Origin: a virus
Taxonomy: Duplodnaviria; Caudoviricetes
Reading direction: 5' to 3' (one strand)
IMG/VR virus record: IMGVR_UViG_3300025735_000007
Span: 1-64,000 of that record
Length of the DNA: 64,000 nucleotides
Position numbers and translations under genes: made by a program
Shown here: piece after piece, positions 36,494 to 47,100 of the stretch
Layout of the letters: the number at the start of each line of letters is the position of its first letter
Position numbering within the stretch: the first letter of the stretch is position 1
The notes under the pieces: model-generated
The model's input: only the letters and a program-made list of their open reading frames with translations
Database searches by the model: none
What the model was told of the DNA's origin: nothing

Positions 36494-36876
36494 TGCACCT
36501 GGAACCGATTGCCGCACTGCTCGAGGCAAACAACTGCGGCGTGCGCGGCGAGAGCATTTTCATTAACGAAATGCGGGTAGAGGACTCCGGTCTGCTGCTC
36601 AAGGCAAGCTACAAGGGCACGCCGATCGACCCGGAGCTGCCCGACTACTACAAGGGCACGTTTGCGCTCATCGCGCGCGGCAAAGGCTACGCCAATACAA
36701 AGGCAGTGATCGAGGCGGCCATGACCGTGCTGAAGATCGAGCAGGAGACGCAGGTTGGCGAGCTCTTCGTGAAGTATCTGCGCGCGAAGACGCTGCCGAT
36801 CAGCTATCCGATCCCGTCGAGCGGCATGATCGAGTTCGTGACCAACATTGACTGCGCCTACGTCCTTACCGTATAG
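36493..36876 (+). CDS. Putative tail terminator
   Basis: Position immediately before the tail tube gene, and size. Confidence 0.6.
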   Translation: MHLEPIAALLEANNCGVRGESIFINEMRVEDSGLLLKASYKGTPIDPELPDYYKGTFALIARGKGYANTKAVIEAAMTVLKIEQETQVGELFVKYLRAKTLPISYPIPSSGMIEFVTNIDCAYVLTV

Positions 36877-36899
36877 TTGCATAAGTAACGAGTGACTGA
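36848..36899 (+). promoter_or_regulatory. Tail-tube promoter plus operator
   Basis: TTGACT-18 nt-TATAGT. Operator taagtaac-ga-gtgactga at 36882-36899. Confidence 0.7.
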
Positions 36900-36937
36900 C
36901 TGTCACCGTTCAAACCTCTTTGCAAAGGAGTTTTCGA

Positions 36938-37459
36938 GTGGCAAGCGATACAAAGAACGTAAAGATGGGCGTTTGCCTGGTCTACTACAAGGGCATCGAT
37001 CTGGGCTACACCCAGGGCGGCGTCCAGGTGACGGTGACCACGCAGACCCATAAGACCAACGTCGACCAGTTCGGCAAGACGACCGTCAACGAACAGATCA
37101 TGTCGCGTGACGTGTCGGTCAAGGTGCCGCTGGCAGAAACGACGCTGGACAACCTGGTTGCAACGATGCCGGGCGCGTCGATCGTCGGCACGGGCACCGA
37201 CAAGAAGGCGATCGTGACCTCCGGCGTGGGCGTGTCCCTGCTGGACCTCGCGGGCGAGCTGCGCCTCCACCCGAAGGGCCGCGCGGCCGACGACTACAGC
37301 GAAGACTTCGTGATTCCGCTGGCAGCGACCTCGGGCGGTCTGTCGTTCGCTTACGAAGTCGAAAAGGAACGCATTTTCGACACGACCTTCACTGGCTACC
37401 CGGACCCGGTTACCGAAGAGCTGTTCGCGATCGGTGGCGCGCCCGTCGTCGCGCCGTAA
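36938..37459 (+). CDS. Major tail tube protein
   Basis: DLGYTQGGV...VDQFG...PLAETTL.NL. AAAGGAG RBS. Confidence 0.8.
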   Translation: MASDTKNVKMGVCLVYYKGIDLGYTQGGVQVTVTTQTHKTNVDQFGKTTVNEQIMSRDVSVKVPLAETTLDNLVATMPGASIVGTGTDKKAIVTSGVGVSLLDLAGELRLHPKGRAADDYSEDFVIPLAATSGGLSFAYEVEKERIFDTTFTGYPDPVTEELFAIGGAPVVAP

Positions 37460-37470
37460 CAGGCAAGAAA

Positions 37471-37488
37471 TAAGTAACAAGTGACTGA
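37471..37488. promoter_or_regulatory. 18-bp operator
   Basis: taagtaac-aa-gtgactga. Confidence 0.75.
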
Positions 37489-37533
37489 ACAAGGCCGGCT
37501 GATGCCGGCCTGCCCACATCGGAGTAAAGGCAC

Positions 37534-37902
37534 ATGAGCAAGAACGCCGGAAATATCAAGATTCTGAACCTCGACACGCTGCCGACGAAGGCACCGCAAC
37601 GCCAGATCACGCTGGGCGGCGTCTCGTATGACGTGCGCGAAATGAACGTCGAGGACTTCATCGAAACGAACCTCGCGGCCGAGCGCCTCGAAGGGGTGAC
37701 CGATCCGAAGATCCAGCTCGCCGAAATGATCGCGTCGATCCGCCGCGCGGTGCCGGACGTGCCGGAAGACGTGCTGAACAAGCTGCCGCTCGAAAAGCTC
37801 GGCGTGCTGAGCGCGTTCATTCGCGGCATGTTCGACCCGGATGCGACTGACGTCGAAGGCGCCGCGCCTGCCGGCGAAGCTGAAGGCGACGCAAAAAAGT
37901 AA
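37534..37902 (+). CDS. Tail assembly chaperone (gpG-like)
   Basis: Between tube and tape-measure genes. Ends in the slippery sequence A AAA AAG. Confidence 0.8.
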   Translation: MSKNAGNIKILNLDTLPTKAPQRQITLGGVSYDVREMNVEDFIETNLAAERLEGVTDPKIQLAEMIASIRRAVPDVPEDVLNKLPLEKLGVLSAFIRGMFDPDATDVEGAAPAGEAEGDAKK

Positions 37903-38237
37903 GCGCAGCTGGGGAAGGCAAGCCCGATGAACTCGACTTCGGGCTCGTCTTCACCCGGGTCCAGCTGCACTACGGCCTGACCTATTGGGAAGTGATGGAG
38001 CTTCCCATTCGCGCTTTCTGGACCCTGAACCGCAACATCAACCGGCTGCTCGCGGAGACCGATCTCCGTGCCCTGATGTTGCACGTATCCCGCCAGAGCA
38101 GTGAAGGCTGCGCGGCATACGAAGCCAAGCTCCGAGCCGAGGTGTATGCGGCGAAAGAAACCGATCCGCTGAACGCGGAGCGGGACGAAGCGGGCTTCGC
38201 GGAGCTGAAGGCGATGGTGGCCCGTCCAGCACAGTAA
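37893..38237 (+). CDS. Tail assembly chaperone -1 frameshift extension (gpT-like)
   Basis: AAAAAAG at 37893-37899. The -1 frame is open to the TAA at 38237. Confidence 0.75.
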   Translation, partial: KKVSAAGEGKPDELDFGLVFTRVQLHYGLTYWEVMELPIRAFWTLNRNINRLLAETDLRALMLHVSRQSSEGCAAYEAKLRAEVYAAKETDPLNAERDEAGFAELKAMVARPAQ

Positions 38238-38247
38238 CAGGACGACG

Positions 38248-41200
38248 ATGAACAACCTCGAGAACATTGGCTACAACCTGATTCTGGATGACTCGGGTTT
38301 CCGGGTCACCGCGCAGGCCACCAACGCACAGCTAAAGGCACTCGAAGCGCAGTTTGCCTCCACCGGGCAGGGTGTGAAGGCGATCGAGGACAAGATCAAC
38401 TCCGCGGGTGTGACCTTCCACCAATGGGTCACCACCATCGGCGCGCTCAAGTTCGCGCTGATGGACCTCGATAGCGTCTTTCTGTCGCTGCCCAAATCCA
38501 TCCTCGAAACCGCCGGCGAGATCGAAAAACTCCAGGTCGTCCTGAAGGGTCTCTCCACGGCCGCTGACGACGCCGGCCGCGCGGCCGACGCGACGATCGG
38601 CAAGAACTTCATCCTGAACCTCGAGCAGAACGTCCCGTTCAAGCTCCAGGCGCTCACCGACACATTCGTCAAGCTGAAGACGGTCGGCATCGACCCGATG
38701 AACGGCTCGATGGAGACGCTGCTTAACGAGGTCGCCAAATACGGCGGTAGTTCCGAACAGCTCAAGAGTGCCTCGCTCGCTATTCAGCAGATGGCCGGCA
38801 AGGGCGTCGTCTCGCTGCAGGAGTTGCGCATGCAGCTCTCGCAGGCGATCCCGGGCGCCGCGCAGCTGATGGCTGATGCGATGGGTATGTCGATGGGCGA
38901 CCTGACCAAGGCGATCAGCAAGGGCACGGTCGCCTCCGAGGGCGCCATCAAGAAGATGCTGGCCGCCTTCTCGCTCGACTCGATGGGCGCCGGCCGCGCG
39001 CAGATGGAAACCTGGGTGGGCACGCTGGAGAAGCTGAACACCAAGTGGGATCTGTTCAAGGTGGACGTGGCCGATGCCGGGCTCTTCGCCGCGGCCAAGG
39101 CCGAGCTGAACGACATGATGTCGCTCTTCGGCACGTCGCAGGCGAAGGAGTGGGCGCACAGCCTGTCGAGCGAGTTTGTCTCGATGATCAACCTCTTTCA
39201 CGATGGTCGCGTCGCTCTACAGGAATACCTGCCGCAGCTCATCGAGCTCGGCAAGGTCGTCCTCACGGTGGTCTCGGTAACGGTCGTCGCGAGCTGGCTC
39301 GGCGGGATGCGCAACGCGCTGACGGGCATCGTCACGGCCTACCAGGAATACGCGGCCAATGCGATCGCCGCGGAGGGCGTGGTCGCTGCCAAGAAGCTGT
39401 CGGTGACCGAGCAGATCCTTGCGGCCGACGCCAAGCGCCGCGAGTCGATCGCGATGGAAAGCGAACTGCGGCAGGAAGCGCTCGCGCGCGAGATCGCGAA
39501 TAACCAGCGCATGATCGTCGAGAACGACAAGCGCGTCGCGGCGATCGACGCCGCGCGCCAGGCAGAGCGCGCCGCGGAAATCGAGAACAACGCGCAGATC
39601 CTCGCCTCGAAGATCGCACTCTACGAAGAACTCACGGCCCGCGAAGTCGAGGCAACGGCCTTCGTGCAGGCCGAGCAATACAAGCGCGCCCAGATGGGGC
39701 TCGCGAGCAACGCGGCGACCGCGGCCGAATACGCCGCGCAGGCAAAGTTCACAGCAGAGGTGGAAGGTCGTCTCGCGTCGATGCGCGCCGAGATCGGGCT
39801 GCTGGAGGCCGAAGCCATTGCACTGCGCGAGCGCAACGCGCTGCTGATGGCAGCCACTGCTGCTGAAATCGAGAATGCCGGCGCCATGTCGAGCTCGAAC
39901 GCCGCGCTTGTCGAAAAGAACGCCGCGCTTGCGACGGCCATCGGCGCCGAGCGCGTCGCGATCGCCAACATGGCCGAAATGACCTTCGGCACCGCGGCGC
40001 TCAAGACGGGCCTGATGGGCTTGCAGTTCGCGTTCAACGCGGTCGGCGGCTGGCTCACGGTGCTCGCGGGCATCATCATCGGCGGCATCGCGCTGTGGGA
40101 CCGCTACGCAGAAGCGTCCAAGCGTGCGGCCAACGCAGCGCTCGACGCGGCCAATCTGAAGCGTTCCATCGCGCAGGGCGACGTCAGCAAGGAGCAGCTC
40201 GATAAGTCTGACGCTCACATCGGCGACCAGAAAAGCAAGATCGCCGGGCTCGAAAACCAGCTGTGGGAGGCGGAGAACGCCCACTCGGGCACGAACGGCG
40301 AATATGTGCCGGCCGACCCGACACGCGCCAACCAGCTGCGCGCCCAGCTCGCGGCGGAAAAGTCGGCGTTGGCTGATCTCGTTGCCCAGCGCGCGGAAGC
40401 GAAGAAGACTCTCGACGAGAGCGACGCGAAGCTCCAGGCATCCAAATACGCCACGAGGTATCAGGGCGACACCGACGCGCAGATCGAGCAAATCGCGAAG
40501 TCCGGCCAGAACCAAGTCTCGGCGATCAAGAAGCGCTACGACGACCTGATGCAGACCATGGACAGCCAGTCGCCGGCCTACAAGGCGGCGGCCGACAAGC
40601 GCGCGAAGGAGGTCCAGGCTGCCATCCAGAAGGGCACCGCGGACATCGCGGCGGCATACGACGCGCGCGACAGGGAACTGCGCACGAAGATCGACAACGT
40701 GTCAGGCCCGGACGCGTCGTTGCAGAAGGCTGCGCTCGAGAAGGAGCTCGCGCGCGTGCGGCAGGAGGCGCAGAACGCCCAGAGCACGATGAATAACGCG
40801 CTCGCGCCGAACCAGTTCCTTGCGCCGAAGAATACCGGCGGCCACGTCGCGGCGCCGACCGACTTTCTGGAAAAGGCGCTGGACCATGTGAAGGTCCAGC
40901 TCGCGGGCGCGACCGAGCAGCTGCGCCAGATCCAGACCGGCGCGACCGAATACGACAAGCTGCGCAAGGGCGTCGAAATCCAGGTCAAGGAAATGGTCGA
41001 CGCCGGCCAGCTCGATTACGTCACGCACGGCAAAAACGGCAAGCGCACCACGCCGAGCATGGATGACGCTGACGTCCAGCAGCTCATCGACGACAAGACG
41101 GCGCTCGCGATCGTCAACAACGCCAAGCAGCAGCTCGCGCAGATCAAGCAGAAGCTCGCGCCGGCCGAGGAAGAGCTCAAGCGCTCGCTCGCGCTGTTGC

Positions 41201-42705
41201 AGTCGGGCGACTACACGACCAAGCCCGGCGCTGCTAACGAGCGTGTGCTGAACTTCCTCGACAAGATCAATGTGAAGGGCTTCGAAGCGTCGAGGGCAGT
41301 CGCGAGCATCACCGAGGAAGAGAAAAAGCTGTTGCTCGTCGCGCCGACGAAGGATCTGGTCGACTACACGCGCAACCTGATGTCCGGGTATGAGGCACAG
41401 AAGGCGCAACTCATCCAGAACAAGAAGGATCAGCTCGACGAAGAGTATCGGATCGCCAAACAGGCGTGGGAGCGCGAAGACGCGGCGAAGCTGAACGCGG
41501 TCAAGAAACTCGGCGGCGACGTGGCACTCGAGGAAGCGGCCATTGCTCAGAAGCGCGCGATCGATGAGGAAGCGTGGGCGAAGAAGCTGGAAACGCCGAT
41601 GGAGTCGCTCGCGAAGAAGTGGGGCGACACGACGGCCGAAATGCAGAACGCGTCGACCAGCTGGGCCAGCAGCACCATCGACGTGTTCGTGAACGCGGTC
41701 AAGACTGGCAAGGTGCAGTTCGGCTCACTGCTGGAGACCATCGCGACCGACATGCTGAAGATCTCGCTCCAGAAGTCGATGGGCACCGGGCTTCAGCAGA
41801 TGTTCGACGGACTGACCAAGGGCTTCGTTGGTGTCGCGGGCGGCAACGGCAAGGGTGAGACGGGGCTCGCAGGCAGCGCGATGAATGCGGGCGACCATGC
41901 CGCGGCGAGCGCACTGCCGGCCATCCTTAAAGCGCCGATGGAAGCCGTCGGCAGCATGTTCATCAAGCTCTTCGGGACGGGCCAGCAATACAGCACGACC
42001 CTCGAAGACAACGTGAAGAACCTGATCGTCGGCGAGACCGCGCAGCAGACCACGCAAACCTCGCTGGTGACACTCGCCCAGGCTGCGCAATACGCCGCAG
42101 CCGCACTCGCCTCGATTCAGGGTGGCGCCTCCGGCGGAAGTGGCATCGGCGGGGCGCTCATGTCGATCGCCGGTTCGATGGCGGCGGCCTATTTCGGCGG
42201 CTCGTCGAGCGCCACTGCCGGAATGCTCTCGCAGACCTCTTCGATGGGCTCCAGCAGCACGCTGATGGGCGTGCAGGGCGGCACCAACACGCTTGGCAAC
42301 TGGAACTACACCGGCGGCCAGATGAGCAATCAGTATGCGTTCGCCGATGGCGGTGTGATGACGCAATTCGGTCCGCTCGCGCTGCGCAAGTATGCCAACG
42401 GCGGTGTCGCCGACAGCCCGCAGGTCGCGGTCTACGGCGAAGGCTCGATGACAGAAGCCTACGTGCCGCTGCCGGACGGTCGCTCGATTCCGGTGACGAT
42501 CACCGGCGGCAACAGCGGGCAGCCGGCTTCGGGCACGCAGTCGAACATCGTTGTCAACGTGATCAATCAGTCGGGCCAGCAGGTCGAGGGCAAGCAGGCG
42601 GGCTCGCCGCGCTTCGACGGCAAGCAGATGGTCCTCGACATTGTGCTGACTGCGGCGACGCAGCCGGGCAGCTTCCGTGATGGATTGAAAGGCGCACTGA
42701 AATGA
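38248..42705 (+). CDS. Tail tape measure protein
   Basis: 1485 aa, Ala-rich and helical. Contains QMAGKG.VSLQELR.QL and C-terminal FADGG/YANGG...GE...EA..PL motifs. Confidence 0.93.
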   Translation: MNNLENIGYNLILDDSGFRVTAQATNAQLKALEAQFASTGQGVKAIEDKINSAGVTFHQWVTTIGALKFALMDLDSVFLSLPKSILETAGEIEKLQVVLKGLSTAADDAGRAADATIGKNFILNLEQNVPFKLQALTDTFVKLKTVGIDPMNGSMETLLNEVAKYGGSSEQLKSASLAIQQMAGKGVVSLQELRMQLSQAIPGAAQLMADAMGMSMGDLTKAISKGTVASEGAIKKMLAAFSLDSMGAGRAQMETWVGTLEKLNTKWDLFKVDVADAGLFAAAKAELNDMMSLFGTSQAKEWAHSLSSEFVSMINLFHDGRVALQEYLPQLIELGKVVLTVVSVTVVASWLGGMRNALTGIVTAYQEYAANAIAAEGVVAAKKLSVTEQILAADAKRRESIAMESELRQEALAREIANNQRMIVENDKRVAAIDAARQAERAAEIENNAQILASKIALYEELTAREVEATAFVQAEQYKRAQMGLASNAATAAEYAAQAKFTAEVEGRLASMRAEIGLLEAEAIALRERNALLMAATAAEIENAGAMSSSNAALVEKNAALATAIGAERVAIANMAEMTFGTAALKTGLMGLQFAFNAVGGWLTVLAGIIIGGIALWDRYAEASKRAANAALDAANLKRSIAQGDVSKEQLDKSDAHIGDQKSKIAGLENQLWEAENAHSGTNGEYVPADPTRANQLRAQLAAEKSALADLVAQRAEAKKTLDESDAKLQASKYATRYQGDTDAQIEQIAKSGQNQVSAIKKRYDDLMQTMDSQSPAYKAAADKRAKEVQAAIQKGTADIAAAYDARDRELRTKIDNVSGPDASLQKAALEKELARVRQEAQNAQSTMNNALAPNQFLAPKNTGGHVAAPTDFLEKALDHVKVQLAGATEQLRQIQTGATEYDKLRKGVEIQVKEMVDAGQLDYVTHGKNGKRTTPSMDDADVQQLIDDKTALAIVNNAKQQLAQIKQKLAPAEEELKRSLALLQSGDYTTKPGAANERVLNFLDKINVKGFEASRAVASITEEEKKLLLVAPTKDLVDYTRNLMSGYEAQKAQLIQNKKDQLDEEYRIAKQAWEREDAAKLNAVKKLGGDVALEEAAIAQKRAIDEEAWAKKLETPMESLAKKWGDTTAEMQNASTSWASSTIDVFVNAVKTGKVQFGSLLETIATDMLKISLQKSMGTGLQQMFDGLTKGFVGVAGGNGKGETGLAGSAMNAGDHAAASALPAILKAPMEAVGSMFIKLFGTGQQYSTTLEDNVKNLIVGETAQQTTQTSLVTLAQAAQYAAAALASIQGGASGGSGIGGALMSIAGSMAAAYFGGSSSATAGMLSQTSSMGSSSTLMGVQGGTNTLGNWNYTGGQMSNQYAFADGGVMTQFGPLALRKYANGGVADSPQVAVYGEGSMTEAYVPLPDGRSIPVTITGGNSGQPASGTQSNIVVNVINQSGQQVEGKQAGSPRFDGKQMVLDIVLTAATQPGSFRDGLKGALK

Positions 42706-43067
42706 CCTACACGACCATGCCGTTTTGCGACCTGCTGGACAGCTCCAAGTTCCAGCCGGAGAAAGAGAACCCCGCGCTTGCCTCGAAGATGGACGGCGGC
42801 TATGTAGTCACGCGGCCGCGGCACACGCGTCGCCCGCGTCGCACCTTCACGCTGGGCTTTACCGACTTCTCGGACGCCCAGCGCGCCGCCGTGGACCAGC
42901 ACTTCGACGACATGCACGGCGGGTCTTCGATCTTTTACTTCGTTCACCCCGTGAGCAAGGAAACGATCCTGGCCCGCTACACCACCGACACCACGCTTCA
43001 GTGGACTTACAGCGGCTCCGGGCATACGCCATTGTGGAGCGTCACTTTCAAGGTTCAGGAGGCATGA
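42702..43067 (+). CDS. Distal tail protein (gpM-like)
   Basis: Position and MDGGY...R.R pattern. Confidence 0.65.
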   Translation: MTYTTMPFCDLLDSSKFQPEKENPALASKMDGGYVVTRPRHTRRPRRTFTLGFTDFSDAQRAAVDQHFDDMHGGSSIFYFVHPVSKETILARYTTDTTLQWTYSGSGHTPLWSVTFKVQEA

Positions 43068-43068
43068 C

Positions 43069-43704
43069 ATGCCAAACCCGCTTTCCGTAGCAAGCATCAT
43101 CGAAAAGAACAAGCTCGGCAGTGACGTGCCGTATCTCGCGTTCCTCGATGTGGGTGTGATCGACCCGACGACGGGGACCGTCACGGAGACCCTGCACTTC
43201 GTCAACAACACCGAGGACATTGTGCGCGCGGGCGTGACATACACCGCAATGCAGTTTTCGCTGGAGCTCAAGTCGAAGGCGGGCGCAGCGCCGCAGATCG
43301 ACCTGTCGATTCTCGACTACACGCGGATGGTCATTCAGAAGATGAATGACTATGGTGGCGGGGCGGGGTTTCCGGTAACGGTCATTGTCTGCGAGACGGA
43401 TGCGCTCAACGAGCAGCCGGACATCCAGGAGTATTTCGAGATCGTCACTGCCACGGCAGACAACTACGTCACGACCTGGACGCTGGGCGCTGAGAATGCG
43501 CTCACAAAGCAGTTCCCCCGACGCATGCAGCGCCGCGACTTCTGCCAGTGGCAATACCGCGACGGGCGCACCTGCCGCTATAACGGCGCACTGCCAGCGT
43601 GTGACCACACCTTCAGCGGTCCGCTCGGTTGCAAGATGCACGACAACGTGATCAATTTTGGCGGCCAACCGAATCTGGTGTCCAGCAACATCTTTGTGGC
43701 GTAA
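43069..43704 (+). CDS. Tail tip protein (gpL-like)
   Basis: C-terminal C.W.Y...C.Y...CD......C....N..NFGG.P Cys cluster. Confidence 0.8.
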   Translation: MPNPLSVASIIEKNKLGSDVPYLAFLDVGVIDPTTGTVTETLHFVNNTEDIVRAGVTYTAMQFSLELKSKAGAAPQIDLSILDYTRMVIQKMNDYGGGAGFPVTVIVCETDALNEQPDIQEYFEIVTATADNYVTTWTLGAENALTKQFPRRMQRRDFCQWQYRDGRTCRYNGALPACDHTFSGPLGCKMHDNVINFGGQPNLVSSNIFVA

Positions 43705-43710
43705 AATGAA

Positions 43711-43728
43711 TAAGTCACACATGACTTA
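43711..43728. promoter_or_regulatory. 18-bp operator overlapping the start codon
   Basis: taagtcac-ac-atgactta, after TAAAAT (43702-43707). Confidence 0.8.
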
Positions 43729-44101
43729 CACAGACTTGCTCGGCCGACCGTTTTCGATGGGCGGCCGCGGACCCGACGAATTCGATTGCTATGGGCTCGT
43801 CAAGTTTCTGATCGAACGCGACACGGGGCACTCAGTGCCGGATTACGTCACCCCGGCGGCAATGGGCGCGGTGCACGCGCTGATGATTGTCTCGCGCGAG
43901 TTCTGGACTCGGCTGCCGGGGCCGAAGGTGGGCTCGATGGTGTTCTTCAGGCTCGGGCGCCAAGTCTGCCACGTTGGCTATGTGATAAGTCACACGTTAT
44001 TTATTCATGCGTGGGAAAAATCAGGCGGCGTGACGATCGAACGGCTCGCCGCCTGGGAAAAACGGATTGATGGATTCTATGAATACACCGAAAAAGCGTA
44101 A
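43721..44101 (+). CDS. NlpC/P60 tail tip protein (gpK-like)
   Basis: GGRGP..FDCYGL...HVG....FIHA. Confidence 0.88.
   Translation: MTYTDLLGRPFSMGGRGPDEFDCYGLVKFLIERDTGHSVPDYVTPAAMGAVHALMIVSREFWTRLPGPKVGSMVFFRLGRQVCHVGYVISHTLFIHAWEKSGGVTIERLAAWEKRIDGFYEYTEKA
43986..44003. promoter_or_regulatory. 18-bp operator inside the NlpC/P60 gene, upstream of the central fibre gene
   Basis: taagtcac-ac-gttattta. Confidence 0.7.
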
Positions 44102-47100
44102 GGCAGCACCGCAGTTTGTCAGGGTCCGCCGCATCACCAATCCGTTCGAGCCGATGCGCGATCTGCGCGACGAGCAGTGGAAGTGGCGCAAGACCTACAC
44201 GCTCGCTGACTATCTGCCGCTCGGTGAGACGGCCGACGTAGTGCTTTCCGTGAACGGACAGGTGGTCGAGCGCGAGCACTTTGCAAAGACGAAACTCCAG
44301 CCGACCGACTTCGTGGTGATCTGCCCGGTGCCACGCGGCGGTGACGGCGGCAAGGGCATTTTGCGCATTATCGGCATGATCGTAATCGCGGTGGCTTCCG
44401 TCTACACGGGCGGCGCAGCATCGGCCGCGTATGGCCCGATGGCAGGTGCCGCCGCGGCAGCCGCCGTTACGGTCGCGGGCACATTGCTGCTGAACGCGAT
44501 CCTGCCGCCTGCGGCAGCGACCAACAGCATGAATGGCGGGCTGGCGAGCAGCTCTAGCTACGGCGTCGACGGCGCAAAGAACACCAGTTCCGAAATGATC
44601 CCGGTGCCTGTCCCATACGGCACTTTCCGCACCGCGGGCAACGTGATCGGCGTGCACACCGAGGCAAATGGCAACGACCAGATCCTCTATATGCTGATCA
44701 ACGCCGGCGAGGGGCCGATTGCGTCTATCACCGACATCGAGATCAATGGCCGCAAGATCAATGAGTTCGCAGAAGTGTCCGTGCAGACGCGGCTCGGCGA
44801 CCCTTTGCAAACGCCAATCGACTGGTTTTCGTCGGTCATCACGCCCTACCAGAAGAACCAGGAGATTCCGAAAGATGGCAGCTACCTGACGTTCGCGACC
44901 GAGGGTGACGTTGAGGCAGTTCGCCTCGACATCAATTTTCCTTCGGGCCTGTATGCGGTCGATATGAAGTCCGGCTCGGTCGTCGAGAACAAGATTGCTC
45001 TCGAGGCCGACTACCGTATCGCTGGCAGCAACGGCAGCTGGACACCCTTCAGCTCGCAGCCTGCCACTTACGAGATGGTGCAGGTCCAGCCGGTCACCAG
45101 CGTCGGCATTGGCAACCTCCCGGATCAGCGTCTCGCGTATGTCGATGGTGATTCGGGTATCCCGTGGGATGGGACACAAGTCATCACGGACCTGCACATC
45201 ACTACACCGGTCGGCACTGTCCTCGACACCACGCGCGATGCCATTTTTGCGAAGTTCGGCAGCTATATCGGGCAGAACATTGGAAGCTGGCCTGTCGGCT
45301 CTGGCGGCATAGTGGCGACTTCGGTGGCGATTCCGCCACAACCGGGCGCGCTCGTGATCAAAGAAAAGCTGCGCAGCGTTGTGCGCCGCAGCTACACGTC
45401 CCCGCAGTTGCCGATGGGCAAGTATGAGGTTCGGTTGCGCCGCGACGCGAACTACATCGACTATGGCGCGAACAAGGCGGGGGTTGGGCTGACGAACACC
45501 GAAGCAACGTCGTCATCCGACTGCTACGTGTCCGATCTCAATGAAATTGTTTACGCCGGGGTCGGCCATAACCACACGGCACTGCTTGCGCTGCGCGTGA
45601 AGCTCGATGAGCAGCTTTCCGGTATTCCAACCGTCACGTTCGTGAACGGCGGCCGGATCATTACGACGTTCCAGCGCGCGAACGGCGTCATCACGACGAA
45701 GGAAGCGGCAACCAACAACGCGGCATGGGTGCAGTGGGACGCGCTCACGCACTGGCGCTATGGCGCGGGCATCGACGGGGGCCGCCTGGATCTCTCGGCG
45801 TGGATCGACTGGGCCGAGTATTGCGGGGCGAATGGCCTCACGTTTGACGGTGTGTTCGACACGACCATGAACGCGTGGGACGCCTCGAACTACATCGCGC
45901 GCGCGGGCCACGCGCAGCTGGTCCCGGTCGGCACACGCTATTCGATCATTATCGAGCGCCCTTCCGAGCCTGTGATGCTCTTCGGCATGGGCAACATCGT
46001 CGAGGGCACGTTCAAGCAGAGCTGGATGTCGCGCACTGACCGTGCGACCGAAGTGGACGTCACGTTTTTCGACAAGACGGACAGCTACAAGCAGAAGACG
46101 GTGAAGGTGACCGATTCCGCCGCAGCGCTCGAGGGGCGTCCGCAGAACCCGTCGGCGATCACGGCCTATGGCGTAGTGGACATCAAGCGTGCCTATCTCG
46201 AAGGCGCGCTGCAGATGAACATCAACCGCTACCTGACTCAGACGTGCGAGTGGGATTCGCCGATCGAGGCGCTCGCGTGCACGCACGGCGACGTCGTGCT
46301 TGTGCAGCACGACCAGCCGGCGTGGGGCTTCTCAGGACGAACGGAGAGCGGCAGCACCGCGAGCGTGGTGAAGCTCGACAAGCTCGTCACGATGGAGGCG
46401 GGCAAGACCTACAAGCTCCTGCTCCTCGGTAGCACCGCGGTGCGTAACACGGGCACCATTGGCAGTGTGTCGGGCACCTTCATCGCCGTGCCAACGCCGC
46501 CCAATGTGCGCATTCGCCGCATTCGCAATGCCGCAGGAGTGGAGACGGCAGTTAAAACAGTCGTGAGCGATGGCGTCTATGCTGAATCGACGACCGGGTT
46601 TGCTCCGGGGCAGCGCGTCACGTTCTATGACACGGACGTCATCGAGGAACACGACGTCGTGGTGCAGCCCGGCGAAACGGATGCCGTCACGGTGACCGCA
46701 CCCCTGTCGTTCGTGCCCGATGTGTTCACGAATTACCTGTTTGGCGAGACGACGAAGGTCAAGAAGCCTTTCCGCATCACCTCGATCACGCTGGGCTCGA
46801 CCGACATGCAGCGGCATCTCTCGGCGCTTGAATACCGCGCGGAGGTGTATGACCTGTCGAGCTATGCCGATGTTGCGAACACGCTCACGCCGCCGTTGCT
46901 CGATCCGCGGCAGGCAGCGATCGGCGTCGTGCAGAACCTCTCCGTGTATGAGGAGACCTACGTCGCTGGCGCGCTGATCCTGACGGACGTGCGGGCATCG
47001 TGGGTGCAGCCGTTGATCGGTAACTATGCCGGCGCCGACGTCTTCCTCCAGATCAACGGGGGTGACTTCAACAAGGTCGGCACCGTCAAGGTCGGCACGA

